A stretch of 64,000 nt of DNA from Macrostomum lignano (taxonomy: Eukaryota), in the NCBI GenBank assembly GCA_002269645.1, contig NIVC01000593.1:457047-521046 (forward strand). Reading direction: 5' to 3'. The first letter of the stretch is position 1. Each line of letters starts with the position of its first letter. Position numbers and translations under genes: made by a program. Below, piece by piece: positions 12,205 to 26,640 of this stretch. Under the pieces are notes generated by a model. It ran no database searches, was not told where the DNA came from, and worked only from the letters and a program-made list of their open reading frames with translations.

Positions 12205-14042
12205 TCACACCTGGCTGCACAGTCCGTCCACGTGCTGCGGCTGATTGTCGAGCTCAGGCGGCGGCGGCGGCAGCGAGCCGAATGAGCCGCCATGCTGGTG
12301 CAGGTCACCGACGGCGCCAAGCTGGCGGGCCGCGGCGGCGGCGGCGGCCATCGAAGCGGCCGCCGAGGCGACTCCGCCGGCGGCCGGCGTCCGCTTGGAC
12401 CGGGCCAGGCTGCCGTAGGGGCTCCGGTTGATGAGGATGTCCGGCACGCGCTCCCCGTCTTGACGGCTGCCAACGACGAGGGTGGCGCCGGTTGACCTGC
12501 CGAAGGTGCTCACCCCGCCGGTGCCAATGTAGCCGACCACCGCCGATGAGGCTGACGCGGCCATCATGGCTGGTCCGGCCGTTGCCGATGCCTCAATTCC
12601 GCCGCTCCGGTGGGTCGGCGGCGGCGGCAGCACGGGGGGAACGCGGCTGTACAAATCGGCGTGCGAAACGTACGGCGGCTCCTGGAAGAACTCGCCAGCC
12701 AGGCGGGCGTCGGCGTACATCTGGTACTCGTCGAAGCTGCACTGTCGGGCAGCCTTGGCTACCTGGGCATATTCGTCCGGCACGCCGCCGCAGTGCTGAT
12801 GATGGTGATGATGATGGTGCCCGCCGACTCCGCTGTCTGAGGAAGTGTTCTGACTCGAGCCTGGCGAGCTGGGCTGCTGTTGTTGCTGTTGCTGTTGCTG
12901 CTGCTGCTGCTGCTGCAGCTCCTGATGTTGCGGATCCTTGAAGGTTACGCGGCCGGGCCCGCGCCGCAGGCTGCCCGCCTGGCTGCCGGCAATCTGGGCC
13001 GAGTTCCGCCGGACCTGGTACTTTACCAAGCCGCTCTGCCTGTCGCGGTCCAGAGTGCCGCCGTGGCTGCTGCCGTTTCCGCCGCCTCCGTTGCCGACGC
13101 CGCTGTAGGAGCCTTCGCTGACGTTGTCGACCTGCTCTGAGATAGTCGGGATGAGGCCGGCCTGACAGTCGGCCAGCCGCTGCATGTACATGTACTGGTT
13201 GTTCCGGCTGACGGCCTCCGAGTCAGACAGCTGCGAGCCCGCGTGGGAGCCGCGCTTCGAACCGGCGCCCTGGCCGGTCACCTGCCGTATCGGATAAACA
13301 CCTCCTCTGCCTCCGCCGCCGCCGCCGGAGTCGAGTCGAACCCGGAACCGCCAGCGCGAGCGCAGGCACAAGGCCAGCCAGACGGCCAACCAGACGGCGG
13401 CGTAGGCAACGGCGGAGACGGTGGCCAGCAGCAGCAGCGGGTGGCGGCTGGTTCGGTAGACGGAGATCCAGGCCCAGACTAGCGGCGCCTTGCAGAGCAC
13501 AGCCGCTAGGGTTAGCAGGCCGCCTGACAGGTGCGGCGCGTGCGTCAGCCAGCAGGGTCCGGCGTCGGCGGTAGCAGCCGCGGCTGCGCAACTGCTGCAG
13601 GATCTGTCGCTGCCGCAGCAGCTGGAGCCGGACTCGGCAATCAGCAGGTGCCGATACCTGCGCAGGCTGGCTAGGACTTGGACGTAGCCGAACTCGAAGT
13701 AGGCAGTAGCCGATATCAACAGCAGCAGGTCGCCAGCCGTCAGGAGGCCCAGGACGGCGGCCGGCGCCAGGCCGACCTGGGCGGCGATTGCGGGCTCGAC
13801 AACTGCGGCTTTGTAGAGGACCGAGGAGGCTTCGTAAGCCAGCAGGACGTGCAGGCTGGCGACGCAGAGGACCATGGACAGCAGGAAGGCAAAGAGCCGA
13901 TTGGTGTACCAGAACACGGTCGGATACCGAATGAGCAGGATGGAGAGCGCCAGAGCCAGGTTGAACGCCTCGCCAGAGACGGGGTTGCTAGACCGGACGG
14001 TTGGTCGAATGGCGAAGTCCAAGTCGGAGCTCCAGACCGCTT
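12205..14042 (-). CDS. tinc: tincar-family membrane protein, coding exon 2 (remaining TM helices plus long low-complexity cytoplasmic tail)
   Basis: Acceptor ttacctcccgcAG|AA at 14043/14042 restores G+AA=Glu in frame with ORF 12205..14022. AVWSSDLDF...GEAFNLALALSILLIRYPTVFWYTNRLFAFLLS matches tincar motifs; poly-Q/poly-H tail. The stop TGA overlaps a GTGAGT donor, so the 3' end is uncertain. Confidence 0.85.
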
Positions 14043-17000
14043 CTGCGGGAGGTAAATCGCAGGTGATGTGGCTTTTAGATTACCGAGTGTGGTGGTATGG
14101 TGGACGCCGCAGAATTTAGGTAGACGTTTTTTATGTACGTCCTTACATGTATATACGAGCTACATTATTTACTCTAAATGCAATGTACTTCCAATATATT
14201 AAAAATGGTTTGTCGGTATCTATCTTTTATTCTATATCCTGCAATGTAAGCTCATTCTCTACCTTGAGATGTACGTTAATTGTCTGTCCAAGGACGACTT
14301 CAGTAGGAAACGGGTCTTTAAAAAATTCAGTTCTACTTAAGTCGTCTAATGAAACCGGTCACCTCTATCAAATCGATAGCCAAATTCCACCCAAAAGCTG
14401 ACCATATGGAAGTGAAAACGAGAGACATGTAGATTGCAAGCTGGACACCCAGCAGCAGCAGGTCCGCATCAATCAGTTGGGCAACAGAGAATGAATATTT
14501 AATGAGGCAATGTCGGGGCTGCGTGTGAAATCTCAGTAGGCCAGCACAGGCTTGGTCATTGCCGGATTACATCATCCATAATCGCCGGCTTAGGATGTGG
14601 GAGATTGAATGCTTTCAGACTGTTTGAAATCCTACTATAGCCCTAAAAACAACGAACAAAGACCTTAGCAAAAAGTCTTTATTAGAAACCAACACCATCA
14701 CAGACGGATCTATCTGGTGTCAAAGAGATTTATTAAGACGATGGATGATAGTCTCGTAGGCTCGAGGAACGAATGATTATAGCTACTGATTTTAATCGCA
14801 CCTTGCGGGATTAGCAGGGTCTAATCGAGGCATTAGCCCCGAGGGGATTTCGGAACCGAATCTGGTAGGTGATAACGCTTCCTATGACTCGGCTCCCCCT
14901 CGGGAGGAACAAGTAGTCGACGCCAGCGCGGGGCTTCAAGCCCAGCATTGCAGACTCACCGATGGACTGCATGGAGTGGCCAACCGCGTCGCGGAGTTCC
15001 AGCCGGATGCATTTTCCATACACATATACTGTATGTCCACTGCGCAGCAGGACGAAACCCGACAAAAAAGTGGCGGTATATGCGGGCTGGTATGGCCTGG
15101 ACTGGACTGACTGATTGATATAGCCGATTGCGCAATCAGAAACTGAAGACCGTCTGCGGGTCTCCCTGCCCCCCTTCTTACACCCCTCCCCTCACGCTGT
15201 CGGTGCGTGTGTGAGTGTGATATATTCAAGTCAGTTGATGTGACTCAGTGTCTCATCGAAATCCATTTGTGTACAACTCTGTGCGACCTGGGACACCTGG
15301 ACCCCCAGGAGGAGGGATTCGATTCGATGTTTGCATTGTGATTGAGAACCGATTTTTGCCATTCTATTTGCTAACCAACTTTTCACGCTGCAGCGAGGAA
15401 ACCCAATTCAATTTTCTGAGTAGTGGGATTACAACCATTGTCCGGTGTTGACAAATGGATTAATTAGCTAATATGTAAGTATTGAGTCTTTCCCCGATCT
15501 GTAATCTGGATTTGTCAATAGCGGAACAACTGAGTGGGGCTTCCTAATACCAAACCAACTACGAGAGGGGGAGCGAAGTCATGGCGTTCCCACGATTTCC
15601 GAGACGTCTTTCTGCACCGTGTCAACTACGTCGACGCTTATCGTCGGTGAACATCGTCGGTGAACATCGTCGGTGAAGTTCTCGAGTTCTTTGAGGTTTG
15701 CAACGAAGCCAAAATGGAGTTGAAGTCATATCTAATGACAAATAAAATATCTATAGATCTGAGGTCTTTGTATCGGAAAAAAAAGTTTTTAGAAGACACA
15801 TATTTGTTAATACTAGCGGCCAGCGCGCGCATCCGTTGACCCGAAGAACCGCTTTTTCTGGTAAGATAAATAAGCTCGATTTTCCAGTTCAGCGATTACA
15901 CAGAGGATTTTCGACCCCTTTTTAACCCCGTCAGCAAGCAACCTGTGCGAGGTCAGCTATAATCCCCGAAGAATGATGAGGCGCTGACTCAGCTTCCCTC
16001 ATTCAAGTCTTTGCTCTTTATCTCGCATCCACACCTTACCGAATTCAGATTATTAATTAGGCATTTTGGCACTCGGTCTTCTATGCATAGCAACATCATT
16101 GTCGTCAGTTGAGCATGCAGGTTTTGAATTCTCTTGTATCGTGACGAGCTCTCCACTGAAGCTACTACTACTGCCTGATAAGAGGCCATATAAAAAAGCC
16201 TCAACAAAGGATCAAGCGGTTAGCGTTATCAAATGTTTTGAGTCCTGTTTTTTTAGCTTGGCTCCGCTATCAGATGCGCCACAAACCCTCTCTCTGTCTC
16301 TGTGTCTCTGCTTCTTCTGATATGCAGAAAAAATGCACACACAGTTGAGAAATGCAGAGTAGTAGAGACAGCCTGGAGTTGCCAAGGCTGGTTTTTGGGG
16401 GAGCTTTGAACCCAAAGCTTTAGGAACTGTTGTACGCACCGTGTGTGTCTATCGCTATTTATCTCTGCCTCTCTTACTGTCGGTTTAGTTATTGAGAATA
16501 GAAACTGAATAGAGAGAGAGAGGCCTGGTTTGGTGCTCTCATGAATTAAGTGGCAAACGCCATTACCGTATTTTTGGTGTGGCCCTGTGGTCTCTTACCA
16601 CCTGCCTGCTTATTCACCCTATTATTTTCTCTGTTATACCTGTGTGCGAACTGGACCCTTCTGAGCTACCCCTATTCATACAGTCTGAATCGGTGCCTGT
16701 AAAAAAGCAATCGGGGCAAGTAATAGAAGCTTATATCCCATCTAAGACATATAGAAGACAGGCAGGCAGATACGCATGGACTCAAGGTGATCTATTGTTT
16801 ACCCTGCAGCAACGAGGCGACTCTCCAACATGGGTGGGCCGCCATTGTTGTTTAAGCATGTTAGTTGGCAGCAGTCGCAGCATTACAATACAAAGTAAGT
16901 TTATATATAAGTATATAAGAGAGAGAGAGACAGAGGAGAGGAGCGAACGGCCAGCTAAACCTGCTCCCGCCTGCAACAGCTCAACTATACCTGAGCTCTT

Positions 17001-17559
17001 TAATCGAGAACAGAGAGCGGTAAGACTAGGCGAAGGGCATAAAATGAATGCAATACTTGAGAAAAGGAACTGGAGTATTGTGGGGCATTTACTCTGTCGG
17101 GTACACAATGTGTACAGTGCTGCCTCAGGCAGACCAGGGGGTCACTGCTGAGTGGGTGACGGGTGTAAAGAAGAACCTTATAGAATTTTTCGGCACAATA
17201 GGCTAGCTATAGTTTAGTATAGAGGGTAAAAAAATGACCCGAGTCTTCTGCATACAATGCGATGCATTCGAGCTAGCGCATTGCGCCAAGTCATACAGAG
17301 TATGCCACGCGTAAGTACAACCGCCTTATAGTAGATGCTGGCTGGCTCGGGCGCGGCCCTGGACACAGGGGGCCGAATCAGGGACAAACATGATATGCGG
17401 CATAGTTAAGAGTTCGATAAACATTCATAAAACAGACAAAGAGCCCTTTGTCCTGTTTATAATTCATTTATTAGAAACAATCTGCAAGACTGAGACTGTG
17501 CCTCTTGACTGCCCCCCTAAAGAGATGTCCGAGACCCCAAAAATTCTCCCCAAGAGTAG

Positions 17560-18455
17560 ATCCCCCAATAATGCTCTATTGCTCCCGAGATATTCCTGCA
17601 TTGACTGCCCCCAGATCAATTCCAATGAGCGTAGATTGGTCCCGAGATCTCCATAGATTGTTCACAAGATCTCCCTAGATTCTTCCCCAAGATCTCCATA
17701 GATTGTTCCCAAGATCTCCCGAGATTGGTCCCAAGATATCCATAGATTGTTCCCAAGATCTCAATAGATTCTTCCCCAAGATCTCCCTAGATTGTTCCCA
17801 AGATTTCTCTCTAGATTGGTCCCAAGATCTCCCTAGATTGGTCCCAAGATCTCCCTAGATTCTTTTCCAAGGTCTCCATAGATTGTTCCCAAGATCTCCC
17901 TAGATTGTTCCCCAAGATGTCTATAGATTGTTCCCCAATATGTCCATAGATTGTTCCCGAATATTTCCATAGATTGTTCCCGAAGATGTCCCTAGATTCT
18001 TTCCCAAGATGTCCATAGATTGTTCCCAAGATCTCCCTAGATTCTTCCCCAAGATCTCCATAGATTGTTCCCAAGATCTCTCTCTAGATTGGTCCCAAGA
18101 TCTCCCTAGATTGGTCCCAAGATCTCCCTAGATTCTTTTCCAAGGTCTCCATAGATTGTTCCCAAGATCTCCCTAGATTGTTCCCCAAGATCTCCCTAGA
18201 TTGTTCCCCAAGATGTCCATAGATTGTTCCCCAATATGCCCATAGATTGTTCCCGAATATTTCCATAGATTGTTCCCGAAGATGTCCCTAGATTCTTCCC
18301 CAAGATATCCATAGATTTTTCCCAAGGTCTCAATAGATTCTTCCCCAAGATCTCTCTAGATTGGTCCCAAGATCTCCCTAGATTGTTCCCAAGATCTCCC
18401 TAGATTGGTCCCAAGATCTCCCTAGATCGGTCCCAGGATCTCCCTAGATTGACCC
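17560..18455. repeat. 22-23 bp minisatellite (TTCCCAAGATCTCCCTAGATTG)
   Basis: Tandem copies with a ~270-bp block duplicated (about 17807 and 18079). Confidence 0.93.
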
Positions 18456-19064
18456 CGTAGTTATTAAGAATTAGAAATTCCACAAATTTGGCTTTGCAAA
18501 CACAAAAATATCTCCGCTGGAAAATACGTTATGATAATTCACTCATTGGGAATTAGAAACTATTCGAAACTTCTATTAGTAAAGAGTTTCAAAACTTTGA
18601 ATTCCATAGGTTTTTTGTGCCGACTGCTCGGGTCTGGGATCCAGGGCCTTGCCGAGAGCTAGTCAATTCTGTACCCAAATCAGACTCATTAGATTTCTTC
18701 CAACCCTCGTGGCCTTCGCTTCCCCTGCCAATTTGTTTTTTCTTGGGTATTTTTTTCTTAACTACGTGCAGGCGACAGTGTTACAAGGGAGCAGCAGTGG
18801 TTTGTCGTCTGGGTCTGGCCTGTTTGAGAGGAGTTCACCTGTCCAATCCAGGCCAATTCTCTTGCACTGTGCGCACAGCAATCCCGCCCGTTGCAATCTG
18901 TCAAGTACTGACTTGGTTAGGGTCATAAACTATAACTACTGATAACCATTTCTACTGTTCTTTTCATCCAGTCATCAACATTTACCTTTGCATTTTTTGT
19001 AAACAGAGGGAATTCGTGGGAACTTTTTATCTACTCGTACCCAAATGGTAGATTGCATTTAACG

Positions 19065-20251
19065 CTTGTGGAGTTTGACAATGGTAGATTGTGTCTATGG
19101 TTGGGAGTTTGACGATGGTAGATTGTGTCTATGGTTGGAGAGTTTGACAATGGTAGATTGTGTCTGTGGTTGAGGAGTTTGACAATGGTAGATTGTGTCT
19201 ATGGTTGGAGAGTTTGACAATGGTAGATTGTGTCTGTGGTTGAGGAGTTTGACAATGGTAGATTGTGTCTGTGGTTGGAGAGTTTGACAATGGTAGATTG
19301 TGTCTGTGGTTGAGGAGTTTGACAATGGTAGATTGTGTCTATGGTTGGAGAGTTTGACAATGGTAGATTGTGTCTATGGTTGGAGAGTTTGACAATGGTA
19401 GATTGTGTCTGTGGTTGAGGAGTTTGACAATGGTAGATTGTGTCTGTGGTTGGAGAGTTTGACAATGGTAGATTGTGTCTGTGGTTGGAGAGTTTGACAA
19501 TGGTAGATTGTGTCTATGGTTGGAGAGTTTGACAATGGTAGATTGTGTCTATGGTTGGGAGTTTGACAATGGTAGATTGTGTCTGTGGTTGGAGAGTTTG
19601 ACGATGGTAGATTGTGTCTATGGTTGGGGGAGTTTGACAATGGTAGATTGTGTCTGTGGTTGAGGAGTTTGACAATGGTAGATTGTGTCTATAGTTGGGA
19701 GTTTGACAATGGTAGATTGTGTCTATGGTTGGAGAGTTTGACAATGGTAGATTGTGTCTATGGTTGGGGGAGTTTGACAATGGTAGATTGTGTCTGTGGT
19801 TGGAGAGTTTGACAATGGTAGATTGTGTCTGTGGTTGGAGAGTTTGACAATGGTAGATTGTGTCTATGGTTGGGAGTTTGACGATGGTAGATTGTGTCTA
19901 TGGTTGGAGAGTTTGACAATGGTGGATTGTGTCTATGGTTGGAGAGTTTGACAATGGTAGATTGTGTCTATGGTTGGAGAGTTTGACAATGGTAGATTGT
20001 GTCTATGGTTGGAGAGTTTGACAATGGTAGATTGTGTCTGTGGTTGGAGAGTTTGACAATGGTAGATTGTGTCTATGGTTGGAGAGTTTGACAATGGTAG
20101 ATTGTGTCTATGGTTGGAGAGTTTGACAATGGTAGATTGTGTCTGTGGTTGGAGAGTTTGACAATGGTAGATTGTGTCTGTGGTTGGAGAGTTTGACAAT
20201 GGTAGATTGTGTCTGTGGTTGGAGAGTTTGACAATGGTAGATTGTGTCTAT
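19065..20251. repeat. 35-bp minisatellite array B (same unit as 7110-10530)
   Basis: About 34 copies, same orientation as array A. Confidence 0.97.
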
Positions 20252-20572
20252 GAAAAAAACGACAGGCACAAGCATTAAACACAGTAATAAAATAAACGTA
20301 TACAAACATAATAATAATTTAAAATGTAACCCGTAAAATATTTAGTCATTGATTAACAATAATGAAGTATCCTCAAGACAACGGTGAAAATATGAGCAAA
20401 CCATGTCCGTTTGTTGAAGACTAAATGGTGAAATCTGGGAGCAAAGCAAACAGCTCAGGCTCAGTCACATCGTCATGTCAGTTCATACGGATTTTGGCCT
20501 AGACAGACCTCACTCGATCCAACCCTTTCATCGTTTTCTTTGTTCGTTTTATCTTAGGGTTTACCGGTATAG

Positions 20573-20640
20573 CAGGGGTCTCCAAACGTTTTTACCTCAA
20601 GGGCCAGATAGAGAATCTGGACTAGAGCATGACTGCGGGC
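20573..20640 (+). mobile_element. truncated hAT-Charlie-like terminal fragment
   Basis: TATAG|CAGGGGTCTCCAAACGTTTTT...GGGCCAGAT resembles hAT-Charlie MITE left ends; no matching right end seen. Confidence 0.4.
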
Positions 20641-20644
20641 CAGA

Positions 20645-20940
20645 GGAGGGGAGAGAGGAGAAGGAATGGAGAAGAGAGAAGGGAGGGAGGTAGGAGGAAG
20701 GAGAGACGAAAGAATAAAGAAGAATAGAGGCGAGGAGTAATGAATAGGAGGGGAGGGAAGAGGAGAGAGGAGAGGAGAGTAGAGGAGAGAGGAGAGAAGA
20801 CGGGAGAGAGAAGAGGAGAGAGGAGAGAGAAGAGAAGAGAGGAGAGAGAAGAGAAGAGAGGAGAGAGAAGAGAAGAGAGAAGAGAGAAGAGAGAAGAGAG
20901 AAGAGAGAAGAGAGAAGAGAGAAGAGAGAGAGAGAGGCTT
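20645..20940. repeat. polypurine (GA-rich) tract
   Basis: GAGAGAAGA-type repeats. Confidence 0.9.
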
Positions 20941-22755
20941 TTAGAGAAAACGGAGTGTGCTGATCCGATAGTCCTTTTCAGTCCTAATCCCATCGGTCGT
21001 CAGTATTGGGTGAATGATAGACCTGTGTTTTGCCAGAGAGAACGCTCTGATCAGAAACCACTATTTTTCACGGGACGTCAAGCATCCAGAGCAGACTTCA
21101 CTGTCAAATTCCTAGTCCTGAGTTTCTAATTGTATCCAACCCAATTGCGTGAGAGCACAGCGAATATGATGGCCTCAAGCTGAGCTCTTGGCAACATGGC
21201 TAAATTCGAATTTCTCCAAATTTAATGTTCGCCTCGAAACATTGTTTCCCGGGTCTCTGCAGGTGAGTGGCGGGGGTTACGCAATCGTCATTATATTCTC
21301 AGAGCGAGAATTCTCTCCTTTGTTGTTGCAAGTTCTCCACTCTTGATGCTTGGTTGAATGGCTATTGGTAGCCGAAGGGGGTGTCCATAGCAACTAAACC
21401 ACCTCTCGACAAAGAGGGTGACGAACCCTCTGACTAAATTGGTCTGCAGGCCTTCTCAGAGTGAGATTCTCAGCTCTCAATGGTCACCGAATATTTAGTG
21501 GCATAGCAGTAAAACTTAATGCCTTTTAGCTCAGCTAGATTGCAGCGAGATCTTTTTTTAACATGTCAGGAAATGAAGAATTTTTTAAAGGAGCCTCAGA
21601 TGAAAGAAAACTGGAATTTTTGAACGACAGTCGGTCTTGTGTGCGCGCGTGTGTTTTAAGTCAACAACCAACTGGCAGGAGACAAGAGCTGAATTCCCAT
21701 CGGGTCATTAAATCCCACAAAGGGAGGCCTAGCTGCACCTCTTAACCTCCCACTGCGCGCGATGCTTCTTGAGGTCACTGGCTTCGCCGAGATTCGTCTC
21801 GATCCACTGTTGAAGAGGATGGTGGCAGGCAGAGGGAAGTGGTGATCCCCTGCAGAAGACAAATCCCCATTACAAGCAAGCCACTAATTCCTGTCCCTGG
21901 GAAAATGTTTTTGGGAAAAAAACATTCTCCACCCTTCAAGTTCACCTCGCCCTGGTGACTTTTTTGTCTCCCACCTAAGTACTAGGATGACAAGATTTCC
22001 CAACCATCAAGTCCCTCCCTCGGTTCTGTTTATTCCCGATCCCCTGTGCACACAGCTTCTGGTCTGCCTGCATCGTTGGGCTTAACTTCCTATTGTCTGA
22101 TTATTTCCGCATATTAAGCCGCGGTGTAGATGCAGTTACCGTTAGTAGATTTTGTACACCTGCACTTCACCTGCACTTCGCTGCTAAGCTAGAAAACGAA
22201 AATTGACCAAGCCCTTATTGAGCATGGAGAGTGAATAGAAGTTAGCAGAAATCGTATTGTAATCCCTCAAATTCAAAAGACGGACAAACGCTGGCATGCC
22301 TAGTCTGTTTGCAGTTCGTGCTTTCGGACTTAAGCAGAAACGTTTCAACATTTTTGCTGCGTATTGACCATGCGATTTCGATTGGAGCTTTAAAATTAAT
22401 CCGTACAGCTAGAAGGGCGGCAGATTGGCACTGCCGCTAAACGAGGTTTCGGGGTCACTTGGGTCACTGTTTCCGGGGTCAAATCTTTTACCACGAGCTA
22501 CACAGCACTGCAACATTCACTTATAGGCTCGAGATGATTTTAGGAAACTTCCTCGCACTAAATGTTGAGAGCTGCAAAGCAAATGTTAACGATTTTGTCA
22601 ATACGACCTAATTGTCTTGCTTCTATTATAGTAGGACTGTAATAGTAGGACGCTGTTTGCCTTCCCTTTGAGCGTGAAGTTGAAATTTGATTGGCATGCA
22701 ATTGTCAGAGAGCAACAGTGAATTTCTATAGCCTTGTCACCTAATTAGTACTCAC

Positions 22756-23251
22756 CGGCTGGCAGCTTGTCGTGCAGCAGGCAGGAGGCGTCCAGCACTG
22801 GCACAGAGAGCAGCAGGCAGCCGGACATTAGCAGGTGTAGCACGCAGGTGAACGGCAGGAAGTGACGCCTTAACCGGCTGGCAAACTCGGACAGGCTGGC
22901 CGGGGATGAGGCGCCTGTCGTTGAGCCGGACGAGCCGGTCTCCTGGCCAACGGCTGCTATGGCCGACTTCAGGTGCCGATGGTCGCGGCCAAGCGACACG
23001 CCGTCCTCGGCGTAGTTGCCGGTGCGAGCGAAGGCGGCGTAGATGAACAGCAGCAGAAGGCAGGCCGAGGTGATGAGCGCGGCCAGGCAGAAGTTCATCG
23101 GGCCGGCCTCCCAGGACTCGCGAAGCGCTTGAACCCGGTGAACCGAATAGCGGACGGCGGCCGAGTACAGTAAGAATATTTGCAGCAGAACTACCAGCAC
23201 TGCGTACCAGATGCGCCACATTTTGTCCAGCTTTAAACGGCTGGGCGCCAT
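22756..23251 (-). CDS. tinc: tincar-family multipass membrane protein, coding exon 1
   Basis: MWRIWYAVLVVLLQIFLLY...GNYAEDGVSLG...HFLPFTCVLHLLMSGCLLL resembles the tincar N-terminal TM region as I recall it. ATG at 23251; phase-1 donor GCC G|GTGAGT at 22756/22755. Confidence 0.85.
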
Positions 23252-23710
23252 CTTCTGGCTAATTTGTCCGGAGATGCTGCTGAGCTTGCAAGTTGCTATC
23301 TAGAGATGATGTTTTTAGCAGGCGCTCACCTTAAGTGAGGGACTTCTTTAGAAGCCGGGTGTGGCCGAACGGGAGTACAGAATGAGGTGGCCCAACTCAA
23401 CAATAGGGTACCGAGGGTTTGGTGGGCTTTTTTGGGCGGAGTTCGTCTCTTTTCCTATTCTTTATTGGAGTCCGTGGGCCACGAATTCAAGTCTTGTGGG
23501 TGAAATAGTTTAGTCATTGAAGCACTACCCCCAGGAACCAATAAGAGAAAAGGACCACCCAGATCCTAGCTAAGCCAATGAAGTATGAGAATAAATGGGC
23601 TTTACAGTGTATGTGCCCATGCAGGCTCATTCATGCTGTTCTACTTCAAGTAAAGATTTATGCACAGAAAGTTACTAGTTTTGTATGATTTCGTTAGACA
23701 TATTTTCTAC

Positions 23711-24323
23711 GGGTGGGTTTCACAAACGCGAAATTTCATAACCGCGCTAAAAGCACTAGCTTTTCATAAACGCGAAACTTCACAGCCTCAAAACTTCTCA
23801 ACCTCGAAACTTCACAACCGCTAAGTCACCTACCTACTTTCATAAGCGATAAAATTTCATAGTGCGAAACTTCACAAACGCTAATTTTTTTGTAATCACT
23901 TTCATAAACGCGAAACTTCACAACCGCTAAATGTCATCTATTTTCACAACTGCGAAACTTCACAACCGCTAAAATTTTTGCACTTACTTTCATATACGGC
24001 AGTCTTTTAGCGGTTGTGAAGTTTCGCAGTTGTTAAAGTAGATGACATTTAGCGGTTGTGAAGTTTCGCGTTTGTGAAGTTTCGCGCTTATGAAGTTTCG
24101 CGTTTATGAAAGTGATTACAAAAAAATTAGCGGTTGTGAAGTTTCGCGGTGGTGAAAGTACGAGTAGATGACATTATAGCGGTTGTGAATTTTTCGGTTG
24201 GGAAATTTAACGCTTATGAAAGTAGGTGACTAGCGGTTGTGAAGTTTTGCGGTTGTGAAGTTTCGCGTTTATGAAACTGTGTGATTTAGCGGTTGTGAAA
24301 TTTCGGGTTTGTGAAAGCAACCC
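23711..24323. mobile_element. palindromic MITE/foldback-like non-autonomous DNA transposon (~613 bp)
   Basis: Left end GGGTGGGTTTCACAAACGCGAAATTTC pairs with right end GAAATTTCGGGTTTGTGAAAGCAACCC; internal GCGAAACTTCACAACCGCTAA repeats flip orientation near 23995; flanks TTTTCTAC / TTTTCTAA form a 7/8 TSD. Confidence 0.85.
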
Positions 24324-25732
24324 TTTTCTAATTTGCTCTGTCCGCAACTGTGCATCGTTTAAGCCACGCATCAAATTAATAAGCCGCGCTTGAGTAAAAT
24401 GCGACAGCGCTACAACCCGCCATAAAGAATTTACTGTTAAGCTTCAATGAATTCTAAAAGACATTTGTGATTACATTGAGGATCATGAATTTAAGAATGC
24501 ATGTACTTCAAAAACATTATTTATTGCACACATTAAATTATAACGACATATATAATGTACCCATCCATGCTATTACACAAAACGTATTTTCAATATACTA
24601 AAAATGAAACGTTCTTTCTGTTCGAAATAAAATGCGATTGATTTTTAAAAAATGTTTTAACGAGTTTTTAAATGTTTGCAAAGAAGGCCAGTTTATTGAT
24701 TAAACAAATTAATTTTTTAATTTACCTTTCCTAAACGAAACAAGAAGAATTGATCAGATATAAAGTACAAAAAAAGCTTATTGCAATTATTTACTTTAAC
24801 CAAGAAATGACTAACTTGCTTGATGATTGTTTTGCCGCAGATTTAATTTATGTTGGAAGTCGTGTTTTAAGCCACCTCTGCGGCCCACCTGTCTACATAT
24901 AATAGATAGATCTAGAGCTACCCTCCCTACAACCTATCCCTTAGGCATTACACGATAGGTCAGAAGGAAATATTGGAAACTTTTCCCATTTAGCAGAACG
25001 ATTGGCTGAATGTCATTGGCTGAATGTCATTTTAACCGCTAGAATTTTATCTTTATTTCCGATACTGTGATACCGTACTTTGCCTAGGCTATGTTATACT
25101 TAGGACTTGGTAAAAGCAAATGATGTTTTTACATTTTTATAAATCGTGGGTTAAACAAATTATTTAATTTTTGTGTGGTATTTTTAGTTATGTTCAATTT
25201 AATTCACATGATGAAAAAATCTACAGACTTCATTAGTTCAACTAATGAACAAACGAAGTTCAACCATTCTCATTCAATCATTCAATCATTTAAAAAGATA
25301 TGCCAAGAACAGGAACTAAATGGTACATGCTTCAAAATCATGTTAAATAAGAATAATAAAGCTATATTTGGTTTCTTTTGGGATTTAAGCAGCTTTTTAT
25401 CCACTATACTAAATGTACCTATTCTATTTCTAAATCACAAAAAGAGCAAATTTATTGGTAAAGGATTTTTATTCAAGTACCATGTTTCTAAAAACCTTAA
25501 TTATATTTATGGCTAATGATGATATATTATTATACTCAAGCAGATTTAACAAGATATTCGTATTTATTATTGAATTTTATAGTAAAACTGAGACTATATA
25601 CCTTTTTTGAAACTTTGATGCCATTGACATAAAAAATAGTAAAAATATTGTTTTATCTAGATTTTAAAAAATGCTAATATCTGCAGGTAGTTTTGCAACT
25701 TAAGCTGGATATAATAATTAAAAAATCATTAA

Positions 25733-26140
<408 letters not shown>

Positions 26141-26177
26141 TGAGGCTTTATTGTAAACTTTTAGTGCCATTATAAAT

Positions 26178-26640
<463 letters not shown>

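Noticed and set aside
14838-14904. 9-bp inverted repeat (CCCGAGGGG / CCCCTCGGG) suggesting a structured RNA
   Set aside because: A single short GC stem with no other conserved RNA motif; expected by chance at this scale.
15025-15062. Hammerhead-like GTCC...GGACGAAAC segment
   Set aside because: The required upstream CTGANGA core is absent (CTGTAT instead) and flanking stems I/III were not found.
16579-17151. 190-aa plus-strand ORF in the tincar intron
   Set aside because: Non-ATG start, no recognisable motif, includes GA microsatellite and a repeat fragment, and lacks the GC3 bias of the real exons.
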